Of a DNA stretch of 64,000 nt, positions 21,461-31,145 are shown piece after piece. The notes beneath the pieces are model-generated. The model had not been told where the DNA came from. It ran no database searches and worked only from the letters and a program-made list of their open reading frames with translations. Origin of the DNA: a virus (lineage: Duplodnaviria; Caudoviricetes); IMG/VR virus record IMGVR_UViG_3300014204_005796, positions 32,001-96,000 of that record. The stretch is one strand, 5' to 3'. The translations under genes and the position numbers were made by a program. The stretch's first letter is position 1. Each line of letters begins with the position of its first letter.

Positions 21461-22095
21461 CTCGCTTCAAATTTTTTGTACTCTTCAGATAAAGGGTGTT
21501 TTATACTTATGCGTATCTTTGTCATATATCCCAAAATAGAATCTTTGCCAGCGCTCTCTCCGTCCCGGTCCAGCACTTCCTTTATTTGTTTTTTGTATAC
21601 TAATGTGGTTTTGCTCGAGAGTGCTATTAGGGCCATTCCCTATATGGTCTGTTACTTCTACCAAATGCTCTGCTAGAAATACTCGTGTGCATAATGGCAT
21701 GTCCTGTGCGAACATGCCATACACGGCAATGCTTGATGGCGAGCCATAAGCATCTAGGTCCGATATTTCCATGCGCACCTCACCCATACCTTCCATTAAA
21801 AATATTTCTGCATGCTGATTGCACAAACTAAGTGCTGGTAGTTGCATTAATCCGGACATGTGACCCCCATGATGTTCTGGTAATAAGTAAAGAACACCCT
21901 TGTATTTTCATCGTTGAAACTTTCCGCGTCTGGGTTTATAATATGGCAATGTGGGATCTGCCATTAGTACATCCCGCGGATCCTGTACGAATTGGTAGTC
22001 TTCTAGTTTTATATCCATAAGTCCTCCTTTGAACTCGCGGAGCCGGTGCTGCCCGGTGAGGTGATTGCTTGCCACCGGCCCCTTGAGTCCCTTCA

Positions 22096-22560
22096 CTATT
22101 TCATTTTCTTTATAGCCTTAATAGCCACGTCTACCTCATCTATGGCCGCCCGATGTTTCATGAGTTCTTTCATATGGGTGGCCCTGACTTCTACGAGGCT
22201 GGCAAGTACATTGCTGTATTGAGGCACCTTGTTAGCAGGTTTAGTCTTTGTAACATGTGCTTTCTTAATTTTGTAATGCACTATTTCTCCTGCAGCGCGT
22301 TTCTGTGCAAGTACTGCCCGTGCATGTGCTGCGGTCATTCTCAGCCGTTCCTGTTTCTTGGCTTTTTCCTGCAGCTGCTTAGAAGTATAGCGCTGCTGGA
22401 CGTATAAGTCATAAGTTTTTTTACAGCCAGTACATAGGCGCGCATTTGTGAAATCAGCGCTTCCGGCCTTCGCCGCGCATTCCGGGCACAATTTACCTGC
22501 ATCTCTTAACTCTAAAACTAATCCCGGTCTCTTTCCTGTCCTTTTCTTCGTTGCTTCCAT
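22096..22560 (-). CDS. zinc-finger basic protein
   Basis: CPEC...CTGC; start at MEATKK after AGGAGG. Confidence 0.5.
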   Translation of the reverse strand: MEATKKRTGKRPGLVLELRDAGKLCPECAAKAGSADFTNARLCTGCKKTYDLYVQQRYTSKQLQEKAKKQERLRMTAAHARAVLAQKRAAGEIVHYKIKKAHVTKTKPANKVPQYSNVLASLVEVRATHMKELMKHRAAIDEVDVAIKAIKKMK

Positions 22561-22585
22561 GTTCAATCCTCCTTTAGGATCTGGA

Positions 22586-22762
22586 TTAGAGAGCGTCAGC
22601 GCTCTCTTTTGCACACTTTGGACATAACTTAACCCGCACACTCTTATTATATAAGTCAGAATAATACAGGTCGTCCATAGTCTTAACTTTTATGTTCTTT
22701 ACTCCACAGTGCTTACAACGCAATGCTTTCTTTTTTGGGGAGCTCTTCACGCGTGGTGGCAT
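22586..22762 (-). CDS. small zinc-ribbon protein (58 aa, not in ORF track)
   Basis: MPPRVK...CKHC...CPKC; AGGAG SD. Confidence 0.55.
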   Translation of the reverse strand: MPPRVKSSPKKKALRCKHCGVKNIKVKTMDDLYYSDLYNKSVRVKLCPKCAKESADAL

Positions 22763-22765
22763 TTC

Positions 22766-22942
22766 TCATCTCCTTTCTATTTTTCTGTATTCTGTTACTG
22801 TCTCAGTATAGCCAAGGCGCACCAGGAGTTCACACAGAATTTCGTTTGCGTCACGCTTGACCTTAAAGTCTCCAGGATAGCGCTCATGGCGTTTTGCCAG
22901 ATTTTGCAACTTACTTGCTGTCTCTTTATCCGGGTTGCTCAT
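22766..22942 (-). CDS. small hypothetical protein (58 aa, not in ORF track)
   Basis: MSNPDKET...LGYTETVTEYRKIERR; AGGAGGTG SD. Confidence 0.55.
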   Translation of the reverse strand: MSNPDKETASKLQNLAKRHERYPGDFKVKRDANEILCELLVRLGYTETVTEYRKIERR

Positions 22943-22954
22943 AAGGCACCTCCT

Positions 22955-23446
22955 TCAGAGAGAATCAGTCGCTGCTTTTGGGACTAGGAACAGTACAAAC
23001 GGTGAAGTCTCTACCTCATACTCGTAATACTTCTTGAGGTTCGTTTTGGCCAGCTCCTGCTTAAGTATGTCTGTGATGGGTTTATATCCGCGGAATGCCC
23101 CGTGGTACTTACCATTGTACCAAACACACCACTCTATTTCTTTGGGCTCGCCCTCTTCTTCTGTGAGCCAGTCATGCTTACCCCAGAGTGTAAGCATGAA
23201 ATTATGAAAGTTTTCAATAGCAAACAGGACCGTCGATGGGGCAGTTTCGTTCTTCCAGTCGATTTTGAACCCATATTGAAAATCTGGCTCTGCTGCGGCG
23301 GCTTGCTCCTCATTCTTAATATTAGTCATACACACTACATCAAAGTCTAGTCCCTGTAAACCTTTTACTACGGCCGGGTGTTTCTGCGCGTAGCGCATAG
23401 CCCGCAAAATCCTGTGTGTTAAATCATCCGTTATTGACCAATTCAT
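22955..23446 (-). CDS. hypothetical protein with shared motif
   Basis: TAPSTVLFAIENF. Confidence 0.6.
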   Translation of the reverse strand: MNWSITDDLTHRILRAMRYAQKHPAVVKGLQGLDFDVVCMTNIKNEEQAAAAEPDFQYGFKIDWKNETAPSTVLFAIENFHNFMLTLWGKHDWLTEEEGEPKEIEWCVWYNGKYHGAFRGYKPITDILKQELAKTNLKKYYEYEVETSPFVLFLVPKAATDSL

Positions 23447-23670
23447 AATTTGCCTCCTTTTACCTCTTCAATTTTTACGGTATCTTCCTTAAAGCTAAGT
23501 CCTATATCTTTGGCCTCATCGCTAGACCAGTTATCAGGTGCGTCTGCAAATAGGACGGAGCGTACCTCTTGTATTTTTACCCTATCACCAGCTGTTTCCA
23601 CTTCAAAACTAACCTTATACCTTTTTGTCATACCATACCTCCTAAAGTGAGTTTCGCACTAAGCGACTAT

Positions 23671-23694
23671 GGCCGTTTTTTGAGATTCACTGGC
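23671..23694. repeat. 24-bp dispersed element, copy 1
   Basis: GGCCGTTTTTTGAGATTCACTGGC. Confidence 0.75.
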
Positions 23695-23971
23695 ATAGCC
23701 CGGGTCTTCTGTATCCGTGCAGCTTTACTCCTTATAAGTTCAATGGTGCCCGCGTGGGCCTTCAGCTCTATGAGCAGCCCAACCCGAGGTGATGTAACGA
23801 CCGTGGTCAAGCGGCCGCATAGATTCGGACTATATCCAGCTCGGGCACCAATTATTAATTGGCAGTGGTCAGGAGCTAAAGTGTTATGAACTCCCCTGCC
23901 GCAACATTACTAACGAAGCCTCTTATTTCTCCGCATAACTTCGGGTGTTATTCACACGCCACTGTCAAATG

Positions 23972-24733
23972 TTAAATAGCTATTCTCTTCTTTGCGCTTT
24001 CTACCGCCCTAATAAACATCCTGCTCCTCTGGTCGAGAGAAGCGTACTTCAACATGTCAGCCACAGCCATCTCAGTAGGCATATCAAACAGACCGGACTT
24101 GGAAGTCTTCTTGGTGAAGAACTCTGCGCCGACTTCCGACGCTGTAGGAGACAGGTTCAGCTTTTCCCTTTCAGTAGGAGCTTTGTAGCCAAGATTGATT
24201 ATTTTCCATCCCTTGTAGTATGAACCATTTACCATGACCGCTTCTGCGCCGGGGTCTTTTTTGTTCTTTATCTCATTTTTGTACTCGAGATACTCGAGGG
24301 TCATTCTGACACTCCATGATATATCTGTGTCAACTCTGTTGTACTCAATAGCTACCTGCGTCAGAAGATCTTCAAAGGACACCTCGGGTACGCCTTCCAG
24401 TGCATTACGTACAGCCCTCTGAAAGGTTATGGGAGACTCCTTGGTCCCGGATATTAACTGGTCAGCTTCCCACTTTACCTGGTTAAAGCTGAGTATTCCT
24501 GAAGTCCGAGCTTCTGCTTTAGCCGCTTCGTAGTCCTGATAACCTTTAGGAAGTTTGGCCGGCGTGGCCGCAGCAGAGCTTTTTACCAGGCGGGCAGCTT
24601 CTAAGTCTACAGACGCTTTAAACTCCGGATTAGCAAACGTAGCATTGGGCCGGCCATTAAGTTCATAGTCAGCTTTTACGATACTCCACGCTCTAAATCT
24701 GGCGTCAGCTTTACTCAACGGTGTATTGGCCAT
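23972..24733 (-). CDS. hypothetical protein
   Basis: 253-aa ORF with AGGAGG SD. Confidence 0.6.
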   Translation of the reverse strand: MANTPLSKADARFRAWSIVKADYELNGRPNATFANPEFKASVDLEAARLVKSSAAATPAKLPKGYQDYEAAKAEARTSGILSFNQVKWEADQLISGTKESPITFQRAVRNALEGVPEVSFEDLLTQVAIEYNRVDTDISWSVRMTLEYLEYKNEIKNKKDPGAEAVMVNGSYYKGWKIINLGYKAPTEREKLNLSPTASEVGAEFFTKKTSKSGLFDMPTEMAVADMLKYASLDQRSRMFIRAVESAKKRIAI

Positions 24734-24748
24734 GGTAGTCGCCTCCTT

Positions 24749-25357
24749 TTAGAAGTGTATGCCTGCGTCTATAAGTAGCTGTGCTGTTGCAAAAGCAGCA
24801 ATTACAACAATAACTGCCTTACTTATTAGAAGTCCGACGCTCCAAATTATAAGTGAGCGCTCACGTCTTTTAAGTAAAGCGCCTATTTCATACAACTCCG
24901 ACGCGCGGTCGCGCAACTGTAATGTTACAGCGGTCCTAGCGCCCTCTACAAACTGGCTAAGTTCCTCTATGCCGCGTTTCTGCGCCAGCGTGTTAAGCCA
25001 GGACAGATTAACTAGCAGTACAATACAAAGGTCGCTGGTTCCACCAGCGTCAGGGTCAATGCTCCTGGTTATCATAGTCATGGCTAAGTCGTATAGGCCC
25101 ATTGAAGCGAATCCGTACACGCATAAGCCGGTTAACTCTGGTACTTTGGAATAGCGGCCCTCTTCAGACGCTATAGCTACAGCATAGAACGCTGAAAGGA
25201 ACTTTTCTTCTGCGCTTAGTTTCGCTTTAATCATCTTTGACCCGTGGTTTATACCAAACTTTGCCAGTATTGGCGCGTGGAACTTTACTACGTCAGGCCT
25301 TACTTTTTCCAACACTTCAGGCGGAAGTGTGTCAAGATTAAATTTAAATTCTCCCAT
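24749..25357 (-). CDS. membrane-anchored hypothetical protein
   Basis: C-terminal hydrophobic helix; start at MGEFKF after GGAGGTGA. Confidence 0.5.
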   Translation of the reverse strand: MGEFKFNLDTLPPEVLEKVRPDVVKFHAPILAKFGINHGSKMIKAKLSAEEKFLSAFYAVAIASEEGRYSKVPELTGLCVYGFASMGLYDLAMTMITRSIDPDAGGTSDLCIVLLVNLSWLNTLAQKRGIEELSQFVEGARTAVTLQLRDRASELYEIGALLKRRERSLIIWSVGLLISKAVIVVIAAFATAQLLIDAGIHF

Positions 25358-25557
25358 GAGATTCACCTCCGCGTTTTTCTTTAACAATACGCTTCCATTC
25401 AACTTCAGCTTCTTCGCGTGCTTTTTCTGCAATGCTCGCCTGGTCAATCATCATGACAATGATCAGACTCTTCATTGTGGCAACTATCTTAAAGACTTTC
25501 AGAAAAATGTAGAAGGCGACCCAGGTGAACATCAACACTGCAAGAAAAATGTAAGTG

Positions 25558-26163
25558 TTAAGCATGACGGCCACCTCCTGAAAGGATATTGTAAATCTCT
25601 TCTGACAGTTTCGCGTCGTTCTTTTCCTGATAAACTTTCCAGAACGAATACGGAAAGAGACCGCCACCCAGTAACAACACGAAGACGTAATTGAACTGCA
25701 GAAGGAACAGAACCGGCGACAGGATAAGCGCCAGCGGAACCACGGAAAGCACGGTGAGCATTGCTGACTTAACCAAAGCCCATACAGCAAGCTTTATGAT
25801 TCTCGCCATGAACCTCGCCCTCAGTCCAAAAGAATATTTTTCCTTCGCAGTCAGTGAAACATTGGGGTCGGCCAGGTAGGCCGACAGTTCCTTGAACCTC
25901 TTGTTTATCAGGTAGGACCTCAGCATCTGACTCTCAAGTTCCTCAATCATTACATCATAAGGAATGTTGAGCTTCCTTGCCGCCTGAGCTACCCACGTCT
26001 TAGGCACATCCGCGTTGAGCGTTGCCAGCTGGGGGTAAGCCTTGCGTAGTACGGTCTTGAGATGTTCGAAAGCTTCAGGAGTATTTACCGAAGTAAATAT
26101 CCCGTGTACATCATGCCCGAAAACATTCTCTCCACCATTCCGTTTTATTAACATGACCATCAC
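25558..26163 (-). CDS. membrane protein
   Basis: two C-terminal hydrophobic helices. Confidence 0.5.
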   Translation of the reverse strand: MMVMLIKRNGGENVFGHDVHGIFTSVNTPEAFEHLKTVLRKAYPQLATLNADVPKTWVAQAARKLNIPYDVMIEELESQMLRSYLINKRFKELSAYLADPNVSLTAKEKYSFGLRARFMARIIKLAVWALVKSAMLTVLSVVPLALILSPVLFLLQFNYVFVLLLGGGLFPYSFWKVYQEKNDAKLSEEIYNILSGGGRHA

Positions 26164-26166
26164 CTC

Positions 26167-26613
26167 CTATAGATCTATTAAAGCATGTTCTTCAGATAGT
26201 CTCAACCAAGCCTCAATCTTTATTATACCGCAGTTGCAGCCTTGCAGTAAGTGCTTTACAATCTCGTCCTTCCTGATGCCTAACGCGTCGTCTTTCAGTC
26301 CCATGCCATGCTGGCTGTTCTCTTGCCACTTCGAGGTCTTACGCAGTTTCTTTCTTAGGTTGAGCTTCATACTCTTCATATGAAACGCTTCCCAATCCCG
26401 TTCCAAAAGACGCCCAATAAACTTCGTTAAAGCCATCTGCCTTGTGCTGGCTGCGGAATCCTTCGAGAACCAGAACTTAATCTCAATGGTGTCACACCCG
26501 CCGTAGTAAGACTGCACAAACCAGATCGGTGAAATCACTGGATAAAATTCTCTTTGTAGCGCTCGTTCAAGAGCAAGCACTGATTTAGGATTTATGTTTC
26601 CCACAGTCATCAC
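26167..26613 (-). CDS. hypothetical protein with degenerate shared motif
   Basis: FWFSKDSAASTRQMALTKF; first gene after a promoter. Confidence 0.5.
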   Translation of the reverse strand: MMTVGNINPKSVLALERALQREFYPVISPIWFVQSYYGGCDTIEIKFWFSKDSAASTRQMALTKFIGRLLERDWEAFHMKSMKLNLRKKLRKTSKWQENSQHGMGLKDDALGIRKDEIVKHLLQGCNCGIIKIEAWLRLSEEHALIDL

Positions 26614-26632
26614 GTCCCTTCAGTTGAATAGA

Positions 26633-26661
26633 GTATACGACAAAAGTAAGTTAAAGTCAAG
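26633..26661 (-). promoter_or_regulatory. sigma70-type promoter
   Basis: TTGACT-17-TATACT on - strand. Confidence 0.75.
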
Positions 26662-26670
26662 ATAAATCTT

Positions 26671-27348
26671 TTAAGCGTGCCTCACAATTACTTCCCCAAA
26701 CTTTCCAACGTTCCGCGCTATCTCAGCGAAGCGTTCCAGCTGGGCTGCTGGGTAACTGTTTTCTTGCCAAATTCCCGGCCGGAACTGCTGCAAGGCCCAG
26801 CGCTTAGCCGGTGAAATCCATTCTGCTATTTCTCGGATGTCCGCTTCTTCATGCAAGCTCGGTACAATCGTGGTACGAAACTCATAATCTATTCCGCTGT
26901 TTTTTATCATTTCAATCGTCCGGTTTATACCGGCTATTCCCACCATGGCGCCAGCAGCTCTGGCGTACTTAAGCTTTGTGGCCTTGACGTCCATTGCAAT
27001 ATAGTCAACCAATTTCTCATCGATAACTTGCTGCAATATGGTTTGTGAAGTGCCATTGGTATCGAGCTTAATAGGCAAGTTTAATAGTTTAAGCTGCTTC
27101 AAGAAGCTTGGTAAACTGTCATATATGGTTGGCTCACCTCCCGTCACCACAATACCATCTATGAGCTTCCCGCGGCGTTCAATCTCTGTGAACACTTCCG
27201 CATAAGGTACCCCGGTTCCTTCATCACTTTGTAGCGCTTTATTATGACAGTAGAAACACCTAAGGTTGCAGACTTGTGAAAAGATAACGAACGAAACCTT
27301 ACCGGGGTAATCAACCAAACTCGTCGCATTGTAACCATGTATTCTCAT
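26671..27348 (-). CDS. nrdG: anaerobic ribonucleotide reductase activating radical SAM enzyme
   Basis: SLVDYPG, CNLRCFYCHN, TGGEPT, KLDTNG, MDVK, YEFRTT. Confidence 0.9.
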   Translation of the reverse strand: MRIHGYNATSLVDYPGKVSFVIFSQVCNLRCFYCHNKALQSDEGTGVPYAEVFTEIERRGKLIDGIVVTGGEPTIYDSLPSFLKQLKLLNLPIKLDTNGTSQTILQQVIDEKLVDYIAMDVKATKLKYARAAGAMVGIAGINRTIEMIKNSGIDYEFRTTIVPSLHEEADIREIAEWISPAKRWALQQFRPGIWQENSYPAAQLERFAEIARNVGKFGEVIVRHA

Positions 27349-27608
27349 TTGCTCCTCCTTTTCCTAATAACTTGTGGATGCACAAGGCTCGTATCAACTA
27401 TTCCGTGCTTCACAAGGTTCTTTAATATTGCTAAAGCATGTCGCAATTCATGGTCAGTTATTGCGACATTAATATCCGGGGACATACCCAAGTCAGCCCT
27501 ACTAAACCGAGCAATAGGTTTTCCATTGGCGCTTCCTTCAATCACGTAGCTGTTCTTCCACGGAGCTGATATGGTACGCACGCTTAACCGGCCTGAAAAT
27601 AATTTCAT
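27345..27608 (-). CDS. small basic protein ending PQVIRKRRSK
   Basis: ATGA-coupled to neighbours. Confidence 0.5.
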   Translation of the reverse strand: MKLFSGRLSVRTISAPWKNSYVIEGSANGKPIARFSRADLGMSPDINVAITDHELRHALAILKNLVKHGIVDTSLVHPQVIRKRRSK

Positions 27609-27706
27609 TTATGCTTTCTCCGTTTCGGGATACGCTGTGGGTTCTTTTTCTTTGTATTATGGAAAATCTTTTTGATTATGCTCATCATAAACGTGTTGTC
27701 TCCCAT
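27605..27706 (-). CDS. 33-aa basic micro-ORF
   Basis: MGDNTFMMSIIKKIFHNTKKKNPQRIPKRRKHK; GAGGAG SD. Confidence 0.4.
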   Translation of the reverse strand: MGDNTFMMSIIKKIFHNTKKKNPQRIPKRRKHK

Positions 27707-27787
27707 TTACTTTCTCCTCTTCGGTATAACTTGTGGCTGTTTCTTACCATGCTTAATTATTCTAATAAGCCAGGCTGGTGCGGCCAT
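27707..27787 (-). CDS. 26-aa basic micro-ORF
   Basis: MAAPAWLIRIIKHGKKQPQVIPKRRK; AGGAGG SD. Confidence 0.4.
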   Translation of the reverse strand: MAAPAWLIRIIKHGKKQPQVIPKRRK

Positions 27788-27833
27788 TATAAATCCTCCT
27801 TATGAGTTCAAAGCGGCCTTGCGGCCGCCAGGT

Positions 27834-28715
27834 TTACATATCAATCTTATCCCGTAGTCCAAGGAATACTGGAAACCTTGGCGCTTCCTCAGCCGCACCG
27901 CTGGGCTGGTGCTTGAACTTAACCACCTTACCGATGTAGCTCTTCTTGTTCTTCCATAGCTCAGCCCTGGTTGCATCGTCGAACCCCGACCCAATACCGA
28001 ACTGATTCTTGAACTTCTTGCACGTAACAACCAGCTCACCCATTGTTCCCGCGGGCACCATGCCGGCCTTGGCTGTGGAGCGTTTGGTCCTTCCGAAGGC
28101 GTCCTTGTCCGCCGCGTTTTCATTGTGCATCTTCTCATTGATGGCCACAATGGTTGCCTCGTCGTCCTCGAACCTTTTGAGCTTAAGAAGCAAGCCTTCC
28201 TTCGCCGTGGACCGGCCCAGCTTGTAGGGTCCTTCCGGCTTGCGTATCATAACTCCTTCGTACCCTTCGCTGATATACTTCTCTTCAAGTTCCTGAAGTT
28301 CTTCCACGTTCTTTATCTCCACAGGCAGAACCCGTTTGATATGTTCCGCAGGCAGCTTCAAGGCTTCCAAGTCAGCCATGCGCTCTGAGTAAGGCCGGTC
28401 GAGCGCGTCCTTCACATAATCAAATATGAAATACGTGAAGTTCGGCTCTCCTGACTCGCGCATTACGTCGCCCGTGGTTTCCTGGAAGGTCTTGCCCTCC
28501 ATGATGAGCTCGCCGTCAAGCCCGTCCGGCAGGTTCTTCTCAATCCAGGTCCTGATGAAGTGGTTCGGGATCGGCTTGAACGTCCGTGACAGGCACTTGC
28601 CTTCAATCTTCAAGCACCGTATCCCGTCGAGCTTCGTGGTGCAGAGTACCGGGTACTTCAACGTCTTAACATCCTCGCATTTTCCTGCAAGCATTGGCTT
28701 AAGAATTTTTTCCAT
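27834..28715 (-). CDS. ATP-dependent DNA ligase (minimal)
   Basis: KPMLA, KLDGIR, LDGEL, FD, GYEGVMIR, LLKLK, GSGF, PRFPVF. Confidence 0.95.
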   Translation of the reverse strand: MEKILKPMLAGKCEDVKTLKYPVLCTTKLDGIRCLKIEGKCLSRTFKPIPNHFIRTWIEKNLPDGLDGELIMEGKTFQETTGDVMRESGEPNFTYFIFDYVKDALDRPYSERMADLEALKLPAEHIKRVLPVEIKNVEELQELEEKYISEGYEGVMIRKPEGPYKLGRSTAKEGLLLKLKRFEDDEATIVAINEKMHNENAADKDAFGRTKRSTAKAGMVPAGTMGELVVTCKKFKNQFGIGSGFDDATRAELWKNKKSYIGKVVKFKHQPSGAAEEAPRFPVFLGLRDKIDM

Positions 28716-29325
28716 GTGCTTTCTCCTTTTGCCAGCGCAGTTTCTGCGCGTGGCCCATTTTGGTTTTTGTACTAAGGTTATGGTGTCTTCCCAAACGAGC
28801 TCTTCGTATGTTCTCGCAATGCTCTTTTGTAAATGGTTTTCTTTTATGTGTCTGATAGTAATTTTGTAATACTTTTGACATATGCTGCTTGTATTCTTTT
28901 GAGAATGGTTTCATAGGACTTACTGCGTATCTTTGTTTTAATGTTCGTTGTATCTTTCTTTTGGTAGCAACTGACAACTTACGTCCAAGTTGCACAAATA
29001 CGTTTCCTCCAGGTGCTATGTTAAGCAACTTTCCGCCGGACTTTTTATTGTACAAATTTATCCAATAAATCTCAGCACTATTTGCCCGGTCTAATCCAGA
29101 ACATACCTCAAGCAGCACTATACCAGGTTTCTTATTTTCGTGCAGCAGTCCGCGTATCCAGGCTTCTTTGTGATTAAGTTTTCCTAATTTTCCGCGGACC
29201 ACTGACACATGCTGGCTTCTTCGTGCTGCAAGCGACCTATTAGTTTGTCCTACATATCTGACTTGGCGTGTCTTAGGACAAACTAGTCCGTAAATCTTAT
29301 AGCTTTCTTTTCTGCTGTTTCCCAT
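28699..29325 (-). CDS. GIY-YIG homing endonuclease with NUMOD3-like repeats
   Basis: KIYGL...RYVGQT...R..QH, AEIYWI, LLN; start at MGNSRK after GGAG. Confidence 0.85.
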   Translation of the reverse strand: MGNSRKESYKIYGLVCPKTRQVRYVGQTNRSLAARRSQHVSVVRGKLGKLNHKEAWIRGLLHENKKPGIVLLEVCSGLDRANSAEIYWINLYNKKSGGKLLNIAPGGNVFVQLGRKLSVATKRKIQRTLKQRYAVSPMKPFSKEYKQHMSKVLQNYYQTHKRKPFTKEHCENIRRARLGRHHNLSTKTKMGHAQKLRWQKEKAHGKNS

Positions 29326-29446
29326 TACCTTTCTCCTTGTCCCAATAAGGACTCTTGCATTTGGGACATACACGAACCTGAGTTTGTCTGGGCGTCCAAT
29401 GATGCCCGCATCTCTTACAGCCTAACACTTGCACCTTGATATCCAT
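29297..29446 (-). CDS. 49-aa zinc-ribbon protein (not in ORF track)
   Basis: CKRCGHHWTPR...CPKCKSPYW; AGGAGGT SD; first gene after a promoter. Confidence 0.7.
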   Translation of the reverse strand: MDIKVQVLGCKRCGHHWTPRQTQVRVCPKCKSPYWDKEKGNGKQQKRKL

Positions 29447-29467
29447 TGTTACCTCCTTCCTTATAGT

Positions 29468-29496
29468 ATATTACCATAAGTAAGTTCACTTGTCAA
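29468..29496 (-). promoter_or_regulatory. sigma70-type promoter
   Basis: TTGACA-17-TAATAT with TG extension. Confidence 0.6.
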
Positions 29497-30379
29497 GCCC
29501 TGGTTCGCGTAATTCCGCCAACCTTTTTTGTATAAGTGGCGCTATTATATCAGCCACCCTGCCTACGGGCAACTCCGGCTGCTTTGTATTAAATGTATTA
29601 CTAAGAAAATCCGCATACTCCTGTTGGAAAGTTTTGTCATGTAGAGCCCAAAAGTCTGCTACGCGCTCTAGGGACTCTATTACAGGATCATTCACGGCGG
29701 TTATTGTGGTTCCCTCCCAGTATAAAGCAAAATCATCTCCTTCGAGGTCTACCGGCGATAGTATAGTTACGCCAGTGTTCCCTTCCGTATCTATATACAC
29801 AGGTACCGGATACGCTGGGTCGGCTTCGGACAATAATTTGAATATATTCTTCATGATTTGGATACTAATCTGTCTGCTTTGTTCCTCTGCGGCCTTTTTT
29901 GTTTCTGCATCGAAATCTTTTTTGTATTCACGCTTAAGTATCCCCACGATCTTTTTAACAACGTCGTATGTATACCACGTACCTTCTAACCATACTCCGG
30001 TAATCATACCCTTATCCACTAATACGACAGTGTTTGAGTTTTCATATCTGGAAGGATAATCTGTTAATTCAAGGGATGGTATGAGTATTTCATATGTGAA
30101 ATAAAAACCCTCGTGGGAATAAATAGCTTGGCTTTTGTCAAGGTGATCCGGGTACGTTTTTGTCACGGTTACTTGGTCTTCTACCCAGCGCGTCTTTGTA
30201 ATCCATTTAGGCATCCATATACTCTTTCCGGAAGTCGTTACATATTTACCAACGTCTTCTGTATATTTTTCGTTGTCCCCGAACCCAGTGCCGCCAGAAT
30301 ACAATGTGATAGTTTGGCTCATCCCAAAGCAACTGCATGTAGTTAATACCAACGCTATTAATAGAATTATCTTTTTCAT
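29486..30379 (-). CDS. exported or lipoprotein-like protein
   Basis: MKKIILLIALVLTTCSC signal peptide. Confidence 0.55.
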   Translation of the reverse strand: MKKIILLIALVLTTCSCFGMSQTITLYSGGTGFGDNEKYTEDVGKYVTTSGKSIWMPKWITKTRWVEDQVTVTKTYPDHLDKSQAIYSHEGFYFTYEILIPSLELTDYPSRYENSNTVVLVDKGMITGVWLEGTWYTYDVVKKIVGILKREYKKDFDAETKKAAEEQSRQISIQIMKNIFKLLSEADPAYPVPVYIDTEGNTGVTILSPVDLEGDDFALYWEGTTITAVNDPVIESLERVADFWALHDKTFQQEYADFLSNTFNTKQPELPVGRVADIIAPLIQKRLAELREPGLDK

Positions 30380-31036
30380 TTTGATGCCTCCTTAATATTT
30401 GATATTATCATCTCACATATTACTAATAATGACTGCCGTATATCTTCTAGCTCTTTCCTGTCCTTCTCACTTAAATCCATTTCAAAGCCGGCGTAGAACA
30501 GCTCAAGTTCGTCAAGGAAATTTCTGCTACGTATCATCTCCTCTCTGGTGCCTTTCCATATTTCCATGAGCCTCTCTTTACTCAACGGGTAAGCCATTTT
30601 CTTTCACCTTTTTGGGATAAGCCAACATCGGTTTCGTGATGTTCATGATTGAACCTCCTATTAGTTTGTAACTGGTTTCTGAAATAACCTTACAACTATC
30701 TTGCGTGTACTTTCAAACTTTTTCTGCCAGTCTAAGATAAGTCTGGCCTGTGTGTCAACTGCTTGTTCCAAAGCGCAGTAGTTTCTAACGAAAGTTTCCG
30801 GGTCATGCTTTATCAGTGTTCTTAGCTCCACAGAGTCATAACGCTTAAATACCGGAGCCGTTTTGCTTCTCGCCATGTTCATCACCCGCCTTCAGTTGTT
30901 TTAGTACCTGTGAACTTTGGTACTGAATAACTTTTGTCTCATACAGAGATAAATGTATCTTAATTCTGCCGCCTATTTTTAATATAGGCCGGGGAGTTTT
31001 ACATGTCTTACACGTGCATAATTCCAAAGTAATCTA

Positions 31037-31132
31037 TTAGAGACCTCCTTTGTCGCGGTGCAGAGCCTTCCATATAAGTACGCCTGCTCCCACCACATAA
31101 AGCCCCAGCACAAACCAGTGTATTATCGTCAT
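31037..31132 (-). CDS. 31-aa single-TM peptide (not in ORF track)
   Basis: MTIIHWFVLGLYVVGAGVLIWKALHRDKGGL; GAGGAGGTGACTT SD. Confidence 0.5.
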   Translation of the reverse strand: MTIIHWFVLGLYVVGAGVLIWKALHRDKGGL

Positions 31133-31145
31133 AAGTCACCTCCTC

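Noticed and set aside
23972-24733. ISWSVRMTLE as another copy of the shared motif
   Set aside because: The register is shifted and the first Ser is missing, so it was not counted; SPSSIAVYG in 21485-21859 was excluded because it lacks the F and E positions.
28699-29446. Group I intron carrying the GIY-YIG gene
   Set aside because: Both flanking genes look complete and overlap the nuclease ORF, leaving no room for an intron core.
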